Positions 62,543 through 64,000 of a stretch of 64,000 bases of DNA are shown here, piece by piece. The position numbers and the translations under genes were made by a program. The notes under the pieces are model-generated. The model had not been told where the DNA came from, ran no database searches, and was given only the letters and a program-made list of their open reading frames with translations. The number at the start of each line of letters is the position of its first letter. The first letter of the stretch is position 1. This stretch comes from an uncultured Candidatus Saccharibacteria bacterium (GTDB lineage Bacteria > Patescibacteriota > Doudnabacteria > UBA920): positions 6,951-70,950 of the forward strand of contig CAZDEP010000007.1 in the NCBI GenBank assembly GCA_964504715.1. Direction: 5' to 3'.

Positions 62543-64000
62543 TTTCCAGTTTGTTTTTTTTGTTTCGCTTTTGTTTGCCGCGGCATATTTCGGCGCGGTT
62601 AATTTTGCTGGAGCGGCTACCATACAGTGTCTTTCTTCATCCTCATGCAATTCGGATACCCTTTCCTGCTCAAGTAATTATCAGGATTGTACAGGACCCA
62701 ACCCAAGCTGTATTTCTAACGGTTCTTTTTGGTGTCCGGACGGAAGTTTGGGTTATTGGTGTAATATCGGCGAATCCTGCAATCCAGGCTCCGCTCCTTC
62801 GGTCTGCTCCGGTTCCACGCCTTGCGGTACGTATCCGTCCTGCTCGGCGCCGATTTGCAGCTCAAATAGCGATTGTAGTGACGGGAATTCTTGTACGACC
62901 GATGTCTGCAATAATGCCGGAACCTGCGGCGCAAGCTGTTCGAATACCAATAACCCTGTCAACGGTTCTTGGAGCGGATGCGGTTCTTCTGCAACCTGTG
63001 TGGGTGCGTCTTGCGGCGGCGTTTGCCCCGGCTCGGCTCCAGCCTGCCCTTCTTGTTCCGGCTCCACGCCTTGCGGGAGTCCGGGGGCCTGTTATGCGCC
63101 GGCTTGTTCATCCGATACCGCTTGTCAGACTTGCAATAATCCGGGAGCTTGCAATTCGTCCTATTCCAACAAATCCAACGGCACTTCCTGTGGCACCGTT
63201 ACTTACGATTCCTGGAGTTCGTGTGGCGGGTTTTCCGATACCTGTGACACAAGCGGTACCCAAACCCGCACTGTGACATCGCCGGTGTGCAGTAACGGGG
63301 GGTGTTCCAATGTAACCAGCACCGAAACCCAAAGCTGTAGCAGAACGACCAACGGTCTGTCTTGCGGTTCCGTAACTTACAGCTCTTGGAGCGCCTGCGG
63401 TGGCTTTAGCGATGTTTGTGACACTACCGGTACCCAAACCCGCACTGTCACATCGCCGGTATGTAGCGGAGGCGGCTGCAGCAACGTGACTTCCACGGAA
63501 ACCCAAAGCTGTACCCGGAGTACAAACGGGGTTTCCTGCAGTGATTCCAATTCCTGCACAACCGGCGACGTATGCTCGGGCGGTTCCTGCAGCGGCACCA
63601 ACCAGCCGGTAAACGCTTCCTGGAGCTGCAGCGGCAGTACCGCAGTGTGCAGCGGCGCATCCTGCGGCGGCAGCAGTACTTGTTCAGGCGCTGCCCCCAG
63701 CTGCAGCAGCTGCGTAGCTAATGCCGGCACAGCGTGCAATGACAATAATTCCTGCACCACGGGCGACACCATTAAGTGCGACGGCTCCTGCTCAGGTAAT
63801 AATCAGCCGGTTAACGCATCCTGGAGCTGCAGCGGAAGCACGGCGGTATGCAGCGGCGCATCCTGCGGCGGCAGTTCGACGTGTTCTGGTCCGGCGCCGG
63901 TTTGCGGCACCATTACCTGTTCCAATAACAGTCAGTGCAGCAATGGTAATTCATGTACGCCCGGTGTTTGCAATAATCCCGGCACCGTGTCTTCTTTTTG
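62517..64000 (+). CDS. Secreted Cys/Ser/Gly/Thr-rich repeat protein, 5' partial (runs off the window end); it overlaps the previous gene by 26 nt in another frame
   Basis: ATG at 62517 in frame 0. Signal-like MPKLLKISNFQFVFFVSLLFAAAYFGAVNFAGAA. Repeats such as NQPVNASWSCSGSTAVCSGASCGGSSTCSG and GFSD.CDT.GTQTRTVTSPVCS. No stop through position 64000. Absent from the ORF track, probably because it is open-ended. Confidence 0.6.
   Translation, partial: MPKLLKISNFQFVFFVSLLFAAAYFGAVNFAGAATIQCLSSSSCNSDTLSCSSNYQDCTGPNPSCISNGSFWCPDGSLGYWCNIGESCNPGSAPSVCSGSTPCGTYPSCSAPICSSNSDCSDGNSCTTDVCNNAGTCGASCSNTNNPVNGSWSGCGSSATCVGASCGGVCPGSAPACPSCSGSTPCGSPGACYAPACSSDTACQTCNNPGACNSSYSNKSNGTSCGTVTYDSWSSCGGFSDTCDTSGTQTRTVTSPVCSNGGCSNVTSTETQSCSRTTNGLSCGSVTYSSWSACGGFSDVCDTTGTQTRTVTSPVCSGGGCSNVTSTETQSCTRSTNGVSCSDSNSCTTGDVCSGGSCSGTNQPVNASWSCSGSTAVCSGASCGGSSTCSGAAPSCSSCVANAGTACNDNNSCTTGDTIKCDGSCSGNNQPVNASWSCSGSTAVCSGASCGGSSTCSGPAPVCGTITCSNNSQCSNGNSCTPGVCNNPGTVSSF

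Noticed and set aside
62551-63772. ORF-track ORFs 62551..63276 (+) and several minus-strand ORFs between 62716 and 63772
   Set aside because: They lie in alternative frames of the GC-rich Cys-repeat gene and have Arg/Pro/Ala-rich nonsense composition; they are frame artefacts.
1-64000. CRISPR arrays
   Set aside because: No run of regularly spaced identical direct repeats with unique spacers was seen. All repeats found are inverted or palindromic, or tRNA-derived.

Overview
This is a low-GC (about 45%) bacterial window with small genes and very short intergenic spacers. The gene content (sortase plus a giant cell-wall-anchored protein, Lgt, soluble and membrane pyrophosphatases, many small secreted proteins) suggests a CPR/Patescibacteria-type or other small-genome monoderm-like organism; this is a guess. 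TGA, TAA and TAG all act as stops (standard code).

Housekeeping genes I can call with confidence: ppa, the membrane H+-pyrophosphatase, rplJ-rplL, aspS, lexA, scpA/scpB, lgt, rfbB/rfbA, a tRNA-dihydrouridine synthase, tRNA-Gln and tRNA-Glu.

Functional clusters:
- ECF sigma factor with a MacAB-type ABC exporter (5.4-11.1 kb).
- Sugar-utilisation cluster of GH1, GH5-like, ROK kinase and a permease (29.3-33.2 kb).
- Cell-surface locus of a CAP-domain protein, sortase, a 1421-aa protein with DUF11 repeats and a sorting signal, galE-type epimerase, GT2, S8 protease, repeat protein, Wzx flippase (45.3-59.8 kb).

The window is unusually rich in repeats:
- A 225-bp TIR-bounded MITE-like element in three copies; two are inverted and flank 14.2 kb that contains rplJL, and one lies between scpA and scpB.
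- Palindromic mini-insertions that stay in frame inside conserved genes (dus, ybaK-like, possibly mnmA).
- A GIY-YIG gene bounded by 50-bp inverted repeats.
- A 75-bp coding module, duplicated either side of a fatty-acid desaturase, whose substitution pattern is synonymous-biased.
- tRNA-derived fragment arrays next to both tRNA loci.
- A recurrent ATCTGTAG / CCTGCC..GGCAGG operator-like motif.
- A recurrent extended -10 promoter, TGGTATAAT.

The most system-like candidate is the mosaic region 22.2-28.3 kb: the desaturase cassette, a roughly 340-nt highly structured non-coding region, GC-rich secreted genes, and a two-gene module (26.5-27.9 kb) whose second protein carries an Rx6H HEPN-like motif, all abutting a tRNA-Glu with flanking tRNA fragments. 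A second GC-rich island (61.0-61.9 kb) carries an HExxH secreted protein behind a long structured leader.
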